Program-made: the position numbers and the translations under genes
DNA from: Candidatus Nomurabacteria bacterium
GTDB taxonomy: Bacteria > Patescibacteriota > Minisyncoccia > Phycocordibacterales > UBA9973
NCBI GenBank assembly: GCA_943350875.1
Contig: CALRAL010000001.1
Coordinates: 4,829 to 68,828, forward strand
Reading direction: 5' to 3'
DNA: 64,000 bases
Notes under the pieces: model-generated
Database searches by the model: none
What the model was told of the DNA's origin: nothing
What the model saw: only the letters and a program-made list of their open reading frames with translations
In this document: positions 1 to 10,149 of the stretch, in pieces
Numbering within the stretch: position 1 is the stretch's first letter
Layout: each line of letters begins with the position of its first letter

Positions 1-719
1 AAGGTCATATCTGGTGTATAACCGATCAAATATGCCCAACCATTAATTGGATAATCATCAAATACTTCAAGATGAATATCATATAAATGGGGGATGCTTT
101 CTTTTGTTACGACAGTTGAAATACCTATGTAAGCACCAGCTTTCGATAATAGTTTAACTGCTTTCTCAAAGTCATTTTGTGAATTATTATTTTTAGATGT
201 TCTATTTTTTATTTGCCATCCAAAACCATCATATGAAAGGCCAATAGAAAACTTATATTCAGCAAGAAATGTTGCTATTTCTTGTGTTATCAGACTTCCA
301 TTTGTAACTATAGAATAAGAATGTTGGGGGTATTTTTTAACTAGTTCTTTAATTAGTTCGAACTTTATTAATGGTTCACCACCAAAAAATCTTAATTGGC
401 TACTATCCGGTAATTTATCAATAGCTTTACATGCTGTTTGATAATCAAGCGATTTTCTCATTTTGTAATTAGAACCTTCAAAACAATAATGACAGTTATA
501 ATTACATTCCTCGGTTATTTCTAAGGCTAATATTTGGTTAGCTTTACTTTTTTGATAAACAATACTTGAATCAGAATTAACTATTTCTCTAAATGAATCT
601 GATTTAAAAAATTCACTATTGATTTGTTGTTCTCCTAATTCAATTAATTGTTTAGTTTCAATATTGAAAGCATATCCATCTATACAGACCCATTTCCCAA
701 AATACTTAATTTTTTCCAT
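1..719 (-). CDS. Radical SAM protein (partial, runs off window start)
   Basis: Manual translation from ATG at 719: MEKIKYFGKW...LEITEECNYNCHYCF (CxxxCxxC), FFGGEPL, IVTNG motifs. Confidence 0.85.
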   Translation of the reverse strand, partial: MEKIKYFGKWVCIDGYAFNIETKQLIELGEQQINSEFFKSDSFREIVNSDSSIVYQKSKANQILALEITEECNYNCHYCFEGSNYKMRKSLDYQTACKAIDKLPDSSQLRFFGGEPLIKFELIKELVKKYPQHSYSIVTNGSLITQEIATFLAEYKFSIGLSYDGFGWQIKNRTSKNNNSQNDFEKAVKLLSKAGAYIGISTVVTKESIPHLYDIHLEVFDDYPINGWAYLIGYTPDMT

Positions 720-851
720 TCACGACCTCTTTTATTTTTTGTTTTCGATGAGCAATATTACTCACATACAGGATACCACATCATGATATAAAATTCAGGT
801 GCTATAAATTTTCCTAGTGTTGTGGTAAACTATAGAAGTTAATAACATTTT

Positions 852-929
852 ATGTTGCCAGAATTCCCAAAGTTCAAAAATATTGAGTTGTCGGACAAGG
901 AAGATGTGGAGAGAGGTGTGGAATTTTAG
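852..929 (+). pseudogene. Short 25-aa ORF, probable N-terminal gene fragment
   Basis: MLPEFPKFKNIELSDKEDVERGVEF*; reads like a protein N-terminus and follows a -10-like TAAACT; family not assigned. Confidence 0.35.
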
Positions 930-946
930 TGTTATTTAGTACTTTT

Positions 947-1324
947 ATGGAAAATGAACAGAAAAAACCAAAGACTTGGCTTATGCAGACACTCATAATA
1001 TGTTGTCTACTTTCTATTGTTGTATCGTTCTATTTTTTCTATTACAAAAAAGATTTTGATTTTATTGTAGAAGTTACTTGCGACAAAACCAAAGAGACTT
1101 GTTTTGAGCGTGATTGTTCCAATCCTGACGATTGCCCACCAAACGGTCTGTCTGATTTTAAAAGGTATAGCCTAAAGGCTAGTGATTTTGATAAGTGTAA
1201 AAATGAAGATTGCGCTAGTGTGTGTGCAAGTGGGGAGATAAAGTGTACAGCAGTAAAATGCGAACCTGATACCGAGACAGGAGAGTCTTGTGTGTCTCCA
1301 GAGATACCAGAAAATAGTCAATAA
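947..1324 (+). CDS. Membrane-anchored cysteine-rich hypothetical protein
   Basis: N-terminal TM helix followed by a Cys-rich domain; ATG at 947 preferred over GTG at 929. Confidence 0.7.
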   Translation: MENEQKKPKTWLMQTLIICCLLSIVVSFYFFYYKKDFDFIVEVTCDKTKETCFERDCSNPDDCPPNGLSDFKRYSLKASDFDKCKNEDCASVCASGEIKCTAVKCEPDTETGESCVSPEIPENSQ

Positions 1325-1336
1325 TCTTTAACATCC

Positions 1337-1365
1337 TTGACTTTTTGCGGGGGGGGGGTTATACT
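1337..1365 (+). promoter_or_regulatory. Sigma70-type promoter with G10 tract in the 17-bp spacer
   Basis: TTGACT (1337-1342), 17 nt containing G10 (1349-1358), TATACT (1360-1365). Confidence 0.7.
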
Positions 1366-1433
1366 CCCTTTTGGATCAAGGTTCTTCGAAATTCATTGAG
1401 GAATAATACAAGGATCCAGAAAGTGAAAAAAGA

Positions 1434-1925
1434 ATGAAAAATAATGATATTAAACCTTTTAAAATAAGGTTGGTTCATAAAAATGACATTCTAATTCTTT
1501 CGGAAATATTTTCAAAAGTATTTACCGAAGCAGATATAAAAAAGCCTTGGGATAAAGATAATTCATATAAACATCTTATGTACTGGTTAAAAATACAGCC
1601 AGATATGTTCTTTGGTGCATTTAAAGATAATAAACCAATAGGAGCTATTGCTGTTAATATAAAGCCATGGAGAACTGGTATGAGATGTTGTGCTGGAATT
1701 ATTTTTGTTGATTCTCAATATAAAAAACAAAAAATTGCAAAATTCTTGTTTAAAAAAATATTAGAGAAAGCTGTAGGGAAATACAAGGCAATGAGTTTCG
1801 AAGCAGTAACTTTTGCTGGTAAAGATTTCCCGTTGAATTGGTATGAGAGAGTTGGGCTTGTATCTGACAAAAACACAGTACTCATAAAAGGTGATTGTCT
1901 AGATATATTAAAAAATCTCTTTTAA
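1434..1925 (+). CDS. GNAT-family N-acetyltransferase
   Basis: 163 aa; IFVDSQYKKQKIAKFL acetyl-CoA motif A and WYERVG. Confidence 0.75.
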   Translation: MKNNDIKPFKIRLVHKNDILILSEIFSKVFTEADIKKPWDKDNSYKHLMYWLKIQPDMFFGAFKDNKPIGAIAVNIKPWRTGMRCCAGIIFVDSQYKKQKIAKFLFKKILEKAVGKYKAMSFEAVTFAGKDFPLNWYERVGLVSDKNTVLIKGDCLDILKNLF

Positions 1926-1983
1926 CATCATTTATAATAACACATGCTTTTTATTGGGTATGTGTTATTATTTTATATAAAAT

Positions 1984-3942
1984 ATGACAAATCAAAATAT
2001 ACACAAAGGTAATTTAATAGTAATATTTGGTTTACCTGGTTCTGGTAAATCAACACAATCAATTCTTCTTGAAGAAAAAATGGGTTATAAATATATTTCT
2101 TGGGGTAAAATTACAAGGAATATATTAAACAGTAAATTTGGTTCTGAAGATGATAAGAGGATTATACTTAATAATATAAAACATGGTTTTTCATATCCTG
2201 AAAAGTATATAAAAGAAAAAATAGTTCAGGCTTTTGTTCAAGATTTAGAAGCCGGTAACACTGATTTTGTCATTGATGGTTTTCCAAAAAGAACACAAGA
2301 AGCAAAAGATTTTATAGAAATAATAAAAGAGTTAAATTTGAATTTAAAGTGTGTAATCAATATTGCATGCACAGAAAAAACCCTTTTTAAAAGAATAGAA
2401 AGTAGAAAATATTGTGAAAACTGTGGTAAATTCTTTAATGATATTTTAAGACCCAGGAACGAGGGAATTTGTGATTTTGATTCAGGCAAACTAATAAGAA
2501 GAATTGATGATGATCCAGAGGTGGTAAAATTAAGAATCAATGAATATTTAAATTATGTAAATCCGGCTATTCAATTATTATCAAGTATATCAGAATCTTT
2601 TTTTTCTATAAATGGTGATCAAGACGAATTATTGATATTTTCAGATATTGTTACAAAACTCAAATCTCATAATAAAGATATATTTTCACTATTTAAAAAT
2701 GTTGGACACACACTTCTTCCAACTAAATATGGATATTTTGACATGTATGTTTACCAAAATATTATAAACTACGAGAGTCATGTTGTGTTAACATGTGGTG
2801 ATGTTTTGAATAAAAGAGGTATTCCCATAAGGATTCATTCGTCTTGTGTTACGGGGGATATTTTTCATTCAGAAAAATGTGATTGTGGAAGTCAAATTGA
2901 TCAGGCTATGTCATTTATACAAAAAAATGGTCAAGGTGTCATCTTATATCTTTTTCAGGAAGGGAGAGGTATAAATATGATAAATAAAATAAAAGCATAT
3001 GACTTACAACAAAAAGGATTTGATACTATATCTGCTAATGAATTTTTGGGTATACCAGCTGAAATGAGGTCTTACGAAGTCGTGAAGGATGTATTAAAAG
3101 ATTTTAGTATTAAATCAATACGTTTAATAACAAATAATCCAGATAAAATTTCAAAAATTCTTGATCTTGGTATAAATGTTGATGATACTATCGAACTTAA
3201 ATCAGAACATTTTGTATTTAATGAAGAGTATTTAAAAACTAAGGTTGACCGAATGATGCATTCAAAAAATCTAATTTCAGATATAAATATTAAACATTCT
3301 AATTTATCAGGTACATATCTTGAAATAGAAAAAAAATATTTACTCAAAAAATCTGATTTAGAATTATTTGAAAAGAAATTATTAGAATTATCTTTATCTC
3401 AAATATCACATCAATACGAGAAAAATCAAAACTTTGATAGAAATGGTATTTTTGAAAAAGAAGATGCTAGATTGCGTTTACGTACTAAAATTACGGATTT
3501 AAATGGGCAGACAAAGAATTTTGAATTTACTTACAAAAAAAGACTTTCTATAAAAAATGGTATTAAAAAAGAGACCGAAGTTAGTTATAATTTTGACTCT
3601 AACCAACCAGCAGAAAATCTTTTGTCTCTTTTTAAAATTATTGGACTCAACGAAAGAGACTCATACGAAAGGATAAGAAAAACATTTTCTAACGATGATA
3701 TAAAAATTACCATTGACGAATTTCCTTTTGGTTACATTGTTGAGATTGAAGGGGAAGAATTAAAAGTTTTAGAATACGAAAATTTACTTAATATGAATAA
3801 TTTTATTCAATATGGAGCAAGTTGTGATGATTTATATATGGAACTCTGTAATAAAAAGGGGGTAAAACCGAAAAACTTTATTCTTTTTGGTGATTTAGAT
3901 ATGCCTAAACTTGAAGATTATATTGAAACATGGAAGAAATAA
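1984..3942 (+). CDS. Adenylate kinase-GTP cyclohydrolase II-CYTH triple fusion
   Basis: ADK: GLPGSGKST, DGFPK, zinc lid CENC, RIDDD. RibA: RIHSSCVTGDIFHSEKCDCG, QEGRGI, LITNNPDK. CYTH: EIEKK, RLRLR, YERIR, IDEFPFGYIVEIEG. Confidence 0.85.
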   Translation: MTNQNIHKGNLIVIFGLPGSGKSTQSILLEEKMGYKYISWGKITRNILNSKFGSEDDKRIILNNIKHGFSYPEKYIKEKIVQAFVQDLEAGNTDFVIDGFPKRTQEAKDFIEIIKELNLNLKCVINIACTEKTLFKRIESRKYCENCGKFFNDILRPRNEGICDFDSGKLIRRIDDDPEVVKLRINEYLNYVNPAIQLLSSISESFFSINGDQDELLIFSDIVTKLKSHNKDIFSLFKNVGHTLLPTKYGYFDMYVYQNIINYESHVVLTCGDVLNKRGIPIRIHSSCVTGDIFHSEKCDCGSQIDQAMSFIQKNGQGVILYLFQEGRGINMINKIKAYDLQQKGFDTISANEFLGIPAEMRSYEVVKDVLKDFSIKSIRLITNNPDKISKILDLGINVDDTIELKSEHFVFNEEYLKTKVDRMMHSKNLISDINIKHSNLSGTYLEIEKKYLLKKSDLELFEKKLLELSLSQISHQYEKNQNFDRNGIFEKEDARLRLRTKITDLNGQTKNFEFTYKKRLSIKNGIKKETEVSYNFDSNQPAENLLSLFKIIGLNERDSYERIRKTFSNDDIKITIDEFPFGYIVEIEGEELKVLEYENLLNMNNFIQYGASCDDLYMELCNKKGVKPKNFILFGDLDMPKLEDYIETWKK

Positions 3943-4943
3943 AAAATCTTTTTATAAAATATTTTAGATTTTATCCTGACATAATATCAACGACGGAACA
4001 TGCTTATATTTCTCCACCATCAAGAATCATAAGTACTTTATCTAAGCTCTCAAATTATAAAAATAAAAAAATACTTAGAATTGTAATTACAGATACTTTT
4101 TCTTTTAATCCAGAAAGTTGTGTTAAGCAAATATGTATTCCTTATTTTTTAGATAAAAATATTTTTACTATTAACAATTCTTATTCAAAAGAGGATATCA
4201 TTGTAAACTTCGAAAAAGATATTTCAAAAATGGAGAATATATTAAAAGATATAAATCCTTTTTCTTTGAAGGAAAAAATAAATTATAATGAGATTATGGA
4301 TTTTTATAAAAATATACTAAAAAATGTTATAAATATTGATCCTGTTTACATTTATAATAATATTATAAAAGAGTTTTCTTTGAGATTTGATTTTTTTGAC
4401 CTATATAAATGGTTACAAGAGACTAATTTGTACAGCGTAGATTCAAGAGAAATGAGAAGTTTTTTAGTAGAAGCTTTTGAAATTCTTTCAAAACATGATC
4501 CATTGAATGTTAATTTATTCATAAAATACATTGAAGTTAAAAAGAGGCTAAAATACAAAGATTCTACTCATGTTACACATAATGTTCTTTGGAATGAATA
4601 TTTATATATATTAAAAGATTTTTCTATCCTTTGTTCTGTTCCTTTTGAAATTATTTTATATGTATATAGTTATTGTGGGGGCTCTCATTTCGGTAATGAT
4701 TATTTGATAGTTAATGACATAAATAAAATTCGAGGTGATAATTGTATTTTACAACTTACAGAACATAACAAAGATTATTTTTCTAATTTAGAAATTAAAG
4801 ATGTTCCATTTCAGGAAGTTAGTTTTGTTCATGGAACATATAAACTATTACACAAAATATATAAGACAATAAATACACTTCCAGAACTTTATGTTATTCT
4901 TGGTTTCTCTTTGCTAAAAGAAAAGCTTTTTAATGATATATAA
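3930..4943 (+). CDS. Hypothetical protein
   Basis: 337-aa ORF overlapping the upstream stop; no motif recognised. Confidence 0.65.
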   Translation: MEEIKNLFIKYFRFYPDIISTTEHAYISPPSRIISTLSKLSNYKNKKILRIVITDTFSFNPESCVKQICIPYFLDKNIFTINNSYSKEDIIVNFEKDISKMENILKDINPFSLKEKINYNEIMDFYKNILKNVINIDPVYIYNNIIKEFSLRFDFFDLYKWLQETNLYSVDSREMRSFLVEAFEILSKHDPLNVNLFIKYIEVKKRLKYKDSTHVTHNVLWNEYLYILKDFSILCSVPFEIILYVYSYCGGSHFGNDYLIVNDINKIRGDNCILQLTEHNKDYFSNLEIKDVPFQEVSFVHGTYKLLHKIYKTINTLPELYVILGFSLLKEKLFNDI

Positions 4944-4969
4944 AAATTTATAAATAATTTTGTTACATT

Positions 4970-5551
4970 ATGAAAAATTGGAAACTTTATTTTGAAAAAC
5001 ATTTAAACAGAAAACCAAAGGAACAGCTCATTAAAGCTCTTTCTTTTTGTGCTTCTAAAAATGTGGCGTTAGATTTAGGAGCAGGTACATTGATTGAATC
5101 AAGAGCCATATTAAATAATGGTTTTAAAAAAGTAATTGCGATAGATAATGCGCCAGATGTAGGGCTTTTTGTTAAGAATTTTAATGATGTTAGACTCAGT
5201 TTTAAAAATATATCTTTTAAGGAATATAATTTTCCAAAAAATAAATTTGATTTAATAAATGCCCAATATGCTTTACCTTTCAATGGGGAAAAAGGTTTTA
5301 ATACTTTGTTTAAAAAAATAAAAAACTCTCTAAAAAACAAAGGAGTTTTTGTAGGTCAATTTTTTGGAGTAAAAGATAGTTGGAATAAAAAAGGTTCAGA
5401 CTTAGTTTTTCATAAAAAATCTGAAGTTTTAAAGCTTCTGTCTGGTTTAGAGGTAATAGAATTTATATAAGAAGAAAAAGATGCCTTGCCTGTTTCTGGA
5501 AAAATGAAACATTGGCATTTTTTTCATATTATTGCTAGAAAGTGCTGTTAA
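4970..5551 (+). pseudogene. Class I SAM methyltransferase with internal TAA at 5468-5470
   Basis: ALDLGAG motif I; frame continues past the stop as EEKDALPVSGKMKHWHFFHIIARKCC*. Confidence 0.7.
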
Positions 5552-5653
5552 GTAATGATAATCTATATCTAACAAATTCAAGTGCTACGTAATTTTCTGT
5601 TAGTATGGTAAAATATACTTGTTTTTGGATTGATATAACTAATTTTAAATTCT

Positions 5654-6463
5654 ATGAACAAAGTTGATGATTATGATAAAATAATGGCGGATCACAGACT
5701 TTTCAACCAAGTGGTTTATACATCATTGACTGAGGCTATAAAAATTTTAAAAGAAAGGCAAAAAGATAAAGGTTTGAGGGAAAAAATTGAAAAACTTTTA
5801 GGAGGAGACATTCCAGAACCTTTAAGAAAAATTGATAAATATGGAATTAGTAGTAAACAAGTAGCTACCCCTAATTTTGATACTAGATGGTTTTTAAATT
5901 TAATGAAAGAGTTTAGTTTAAAACCAGTTTTTTTAGAATATTATAATGATAAATTTACTTCTAATAATAGTTTTAAACATTCCTTAGGACAATTAATTGT
6001 ATATGATAATTTAAATAAAAAAGGTGAACATAAAATAAAAAAAATTACTATTGTGGATTTTAATAAATACAATGGCAAACCTATTAAAGATGTTTTAACT
6101 CTTTGGTCAGAATCACTGATTGACTTTCATAAAAGATTATTTAAAGTTTGTGGTTATGAAAATGAAAATTTATGTTTTTATGATGAATCTAATTGGTTAA
6201 AGAAACATGGTGATAAAGCAAAAGACTATTATGAAAATGATTTGTTGTTATATGTGTATCATGGTATTCTTTTTGAAAATTTTTTATTAACAGGAGATGA
6301 TGGTAATTTTGTTAAAAATATATTTTTACCAGCTTTTGAAAAGGTGTATAATTTAACAGGTTTGAAACCATTAATAGTACCTATACCACCAATGGATATT
6401 GAAGAAGATACATGTTGGTTATCTTATGATAAAAGAATTGAACCTTATATTAAAATAAAATAA
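5654..6463 (+). CDS. Hypothetical protein upstream of histidine kinase
   Basis: 269-aa ORF, 8 bp from the next gene. Confidence 0.7.
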   Translation: MNKVDDYDKIMADHRLFNQVVYTSLTEAIKILKERQKDKGLREKIEKLLGGDIPEPLRKIDKYGISSKQVATPNFDTRWFLNLMKEFSLKPVFLEYYNDKFTSNNSFKHSLGQLIVYDNLNKKGEHKIKKITIVDFNKYNGKPIKDVLTLWSESLIDFHKRLFKVCGYENENLCFYDESNWLKKHGDKAKDYYENDLLLYVYHGILFENFLLTGDDGNFVKNIFLPAFEKVYNLTGLKPLIVPIPPMDIEEDTCWLSYDKRIEPYIKIK

Positions 6464-6471
6464 AAATATCT

Positions 6472-8133
6472 ATGCTTGATATAAATGCAGTATTAAATAC
6501 ATGTTATATAAAAAAAGAAATAATCACACTGGCTTTTTATTCCCATTTAATCCCAGTATTTTTTTCAATGTCTTTAGCATTTTTGGTATTTGCGAAAGCG
6601 GGTAGAAGTCTGCTTTCAAAAATTTTTCTTTCTTTCATTTTAGTTTTCTCTATTTGGTTAATTGGAGATTTAATAACTTGGACTTCAAATGATTATTATT
6701 TAGTTTATACAACATGGTCCTTTCTTGCTTATATTGAAATTATCTTTTATGTTTTAGGTCTTTATTTTGCAATTCTGTTCATTAGACAAACTGCACTTTC
6801 ATTTTATACTAAAGTTTTACTTTTTATTATTACACTTCCACCACTTTTCATTACTTTAATTAAACAATCGGTTGGAGGTTTTAATTACCCAGTCTGTGAA
6901 GCATTTAATAATAATTTCCTCGATATTTATAAATTAATTATTGAGGTAGTTATTTTAGTTGTTATTCTCATTTACCTAATTATTCCTTTTATTAAAAAAG
7001 TTTCTTGGAGGATAAACAGGGCGAATCTGGTGGTGTTGGGCTCGATGTTCTTGTTCCTGTCTGTCTTTGGGGTCACGGAATACATCGCTTCTATAACTGG
7101 ATATTATGAGCTCAACTTATACAGTCTATTTATCTTACCTATATTCTTGTTTGCTTTGATTTATTCTGTTTTCGATTTAAATATATTTCATGTGCAGGTT
7201 CTAGGCACTTATTATCTGGTAGCTGGCTTTTTGGTACTTACTAGTGTACAGATATTTTTCGTACAGGGTAGCGTGAATAAATTGCTTACACTCATTACTC
7301 TCATATCAGCAGTGGGCTTAAGCTTTATTTTGTTTAGAAACTTGAAGAGGGAATCAGATCAGAGAGTGCGCATTGAAAAGCTTTCAATAGAACTCGAAGA
7401 CACGAATGTCAACCTTGAAAACTTAGTCAAACAAAGAGAGAGCTTGGTGCACCTCGTTACTCACAAAGTCAAGGGTTCGTTTACACATTCTAAATATATT
7501 TTTGCGGGTATTTTAGAGGGGATGTTCGGTGAGGTAAACGATGAAATAAAGAAAAGGGCTACTCAAGGGCTTGAGTCAGACAATGCTGGTATACAGACTG
7601 TGGACCTTGTTTTGAATGCTGCGAATCTGCAGAAAGGAAATGTGAAATTCGACATGAAAGATTTTGATTTTAAAGATCTGGTTTTAAAAACTATAGATGA
7701 TAAAAAGGGAGCAATAGAAGCAAAAGGGTTGAAGTTAGAAACTAATATAAGTGATGGCAGTTATAATACTCTAGGTGATGTATTTTGGCTCAAAGAAGTA
7801 GTACACAATTTACTTGAGAATTCTATCAGATATACAAAAGAAGGGAAGATAATGGTGGGGCTTGAAAATAAACCTGCCTCGACGCAAGGCGGGGACAGTA
7901 AAATTCTATTTTCTGTAAAAGATACTGGTGTAGGGATAACAGATGAAGATAAAAAGAATTTATTTACTGAAGGCGGGCGAGGCAAGGATTCTGTAAAGGT
8001 AAATGTGGATAGTACCGGCTATGGACTTTATTCTGTAAAGATAATTATGGATGCACACAAAGGCCGTGTCTTGGGTGAGTCCGAAGGTCCAGGCAAAGGC
8101 TCTCAATTCTTCGTCGAATTTAATGCGGAGTAA
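6472..8133 (+). CDS. Multi-TM sensor histidine kinase
   Basis: Multi-TM N-terminus, H-box THKVK, N-box NLLENSIRY, G1 DTGVGI, G2 STGYGLY. Confidence 0.9.
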   Translation: MLDINAVLNTCYIKKEIITLAFYSHLIPVFFSMSLAFLVFAKAGRSLLSKIFLSFILVFSIWLIGDLITWTSNDYYLVYTTWSFLAYIEIIFYVLGLYFAILFIRQTALSFYTKVLLFIITLPPLFITLIKQSVGGFNYPVCEAFNNNFLDIYKLIIEVVILVVILIYLIIPFIKKVSWRINRANLVVLGSMFLFLSVFGVTEYIASITGYYELNLYSLFILPIFLFALIYSVFDLNIFHVQVLGTYYLVAGFLVLTSVQIFFVQGSVNKLLTLITLISAVGLSFILFRNLKRESDQRVRIEKLSIELEDTNVNLENLVKQRESLVHLVTHKVKGSFTHSKYIFAGILEGMFGEVNDEIKKRATQGLESDNAGIQTVDLVLNAANLQKGNVKFDMKDFDFKDLVLKTIDDKKGAIEAKGLKLETNISDGSYNTLGDVFWLKEVVHNLLENSIRYTKEGKIMVGLENKPASTQGGDSKILFSVKDTGVGITDEDKKNLFTEGGRGKDSVKVNVDSTGYGLYSVKIIMDAHKGRVLGESEGPGKGSQFFVEFNAE

Positions 8134-8175
8134 AAACCTTTGGCGCCTTAGTTATAATTCTGTTATACTTACAAT

Positions 8176-8958
8176 ATGACTTGGGGACTGAAGAGACAGA
8201 TTTTTTATGTGGCAGTAATCGTGCTGTTTTTTGCAGTTTTTGGATATTTAATAATCGCTCCAAAATTAAACAAAGCTCCTACTTGTGTGGATAATACTCA
8301 AAATGGAAATGAGACGGGGGTGGATTGTGGTGGCTCTTGTGCCAAGGCTTGCACTTACCAAGTAGATCAGATCTCTACTTTTTGGTCCAGAGCTTTCAAG
8401 GTGGTACCAGGGCGATATAACGCAGTAGCGTATTTAGAGAATCATAATAAAAATGCATCCATTTATAAAATAGGCTATAGATTTCGTTTTGCCGATAAAG
8501 ATAATATTTATATAGGCAAGAGGGAAGGCTTTACTTTTGTTCCTCCATCTGGGAAGTTCGCTATCTTTGAGCCAGCAATTGATTTAGGCAATTCTATTCC
8601 TATTTATACTAATTTTGAGTTTACAGAGACACCGACTTGGATTCAAGTATCTACAGATAAAATAAATCAGCTCAAAGTCTTGGTTTCAGATATTAAATTA
8701 GAAGGTGAAAATGTTAGTCCAAAACTTTCTGCTACCGTCAAGAATAGTTCACTTTTTAACATTTCTGAAGTGAATTTTGTGACGATTCTATATGACGAGA
8801 GGGGGGATGCAGTATCTGTGAGTAGAACTTATTTAGACCAATTAAAAGGAGAAGAGACAAATACTATTAATTTCACTTGGCCGGAACCTTTCTCTTCGAA
8901 AGTTGTCCAAAAGGAAATAATACCAATGTTCAATATCTTTTTGGCAAAGTTACAATAA
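8176..8958 (+). CDS. Membrane-anchored hypothetical protein
   Basis: TM helix followed by TCVDNTQNGNETGVDCGGSC Cys motif. Confidence 0.75.
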   Translation: MTWGLKRQIFYVAVIVLFFAVFGYLIIAPKLNKAPTCVDNTQNGNETGVDCGGSCAKACTYQVDQISTFWSRAFKVVPGRYNAVAYLENHNKNASIYKIGYRFRFADKDNIYIGKREGFTFVPPSGKFAIFEPAIDLGNSIPIYTNFEFTETPTWIQVSTDKINQLKVLVSDIKLEGENVSPKLSATVKNSSLFNISEVNFVTILYDERGDAVSVSRTYLDQLKGEETNTINFTWPEPFSSKVVQKEIIPMFNIFLAKLQ

Positions 8959-8960
8959 CT

Positions 8961-10091
8961 ATGGCAGAAAAAGTTCTTAACAGAATAGACTGGATGGTAG
9001 TTTTCTTTGTGTTGCCGATAATTCTGGCTGGGCTTGCCACCATGAAGTCTTTTGCTGGAGTAGAGGATAGTGATACTTTTTTTAATAAACAAATAATTTG
9101 GGTTCTAATATCTTTTTTAATTTTCTTTGTTTTTTCTTTTATTGATTTTCGTTTCTTAAAACGCACAGATGTACTAGTTTTTATTTTCCTTTTTTTCTCA
9201 GGGATTTTACTAGTGCTTTTTGGCTTAGGAAAAGTTTCTCATGGGGCTAGGAGCTGGCTTTCTCTCGGAGGATTCTCTTTTCAGCCTGTGGATATGATGA
9301 AGCTCACTTTAGTACTCGTTTTAGCTAAATATTTCTCTCGCAGGCATGTAGAAATAAAGGCCATAAAGCATATTTTTATTTCTGGATTTTATGCTTTTAT
9401 TCCTTTTGTTTTAGTCTTGCTCCAGCCAGACTTTGGTTCGGCGATGATTATATTTTTGATTTGGCTAGGAATGGTGTTAGTATCTGGAATTTCTAAAATG
9501 CACTTACTTTTGATTTTCTTGTCTGCTGGTCTTGTTTTTATGTCGCTCTGGTTCTTTGCTTTTGCTCCATATCAAAAAGAACGTATTTCTAACTTCTTGA
9601 ATCCGTTTGCGAATATCCATGGTTCAGGTTATAACGCCTTACAATCCACTATCGCTGTTGGTTCGGGGCAAGTTTTGGGTAAAGGTCTTGGCTTTGGTAC
9701 TCAATCACGACTTAAATTCTTACCTGAATACCAGTCTGACTTTGTTTTTGCAGCCTTTGCTGAAGAATGGGGGTTTATCGGATCATTACTTATATTGATG
9801 CTTTTTGGTTTAGTTATCTGGCGTATTTTGTATTATGCCTCTTTGGGGGCATCGAATTTTGAAATGCTTTTTGGTATGGGTATTGCTATTTTGCTTTCGA
9901 GTCATATACTCATAAATATATCTATAAATTTAGGTCTTTTACCCGTAACAGGGATACCACTGCCATTTATGAGCTATGGTGGCTCGCATTTACTAGCTGA
10001 ATTTGCTGGTCTTGGGATCTTAATGAGTATGAGGAGGTATGCAAAAGGAGCTCATACTGATGATACAAAAAATGAATTTTTAGGAATATGA
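8961..10091 (+). CDS. rodA: Rod shape-determining protein RodA (SEDS family)
   Basis: GARSW, QPDFGS, GSGYNALQS..AVGSG, FLPEYQSDF, LPFMSYGGS. Confidence 0.9.
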   Translation: MAEKVLNRIDWMVVFFVLPIILAGLATMKSFAGVEDSDTFFNKQIIWVLISFLIFFVFSFIDFRFLKRTDVLVFIFLFFSGILLVLFGLGKVSHGARSWLSLGGFSFQPVDMMKLTLVLVLAKYFSRRHVEIKAIKHIFISGFYAFIPFVLVLLQPDFGSAMIIFLIWLGMVLVSGISKMHLLLIFLSAGLVFMSLWFFAFAPYQKERISNFLNPFANIHGSGYNALQSTIAVGSGQVLGKGLGFGTQSRLKFLPEYQSDFVFAAFAEEWGFIGSLLILMLFGLVIWRILYYASLGASNFEMLFGMGIAILLSSHILINISINLGLLPVTGIPLPFMSYGGSHLLAEFAGLGILMSMRRYAKGAHTDDTKNEFLGI

Positions 10092-10144
10092 CCTCACCCC
10101 TTCGCCCCTCTCCTTGATAAGGAGAGGGGTTGGGGGAGAGGTGA
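10091..10144. repeat. REP-like palindrome (CCCCTCTCCTT-gat-AAGGAGAGGGG), copy 1
   Basis: Hairpin core 10105-10129; near-identical cores at 10960 and 11766. Confidence 0.85.
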
Positions 10145-10149
10145 ATTAT

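Noticed and set aside
720-840. Possible RiPP precursor upstream of the radical SAM gene
   Set aside because: Only an 8-codon ORF (MMWYPVCE) without supporting signals.
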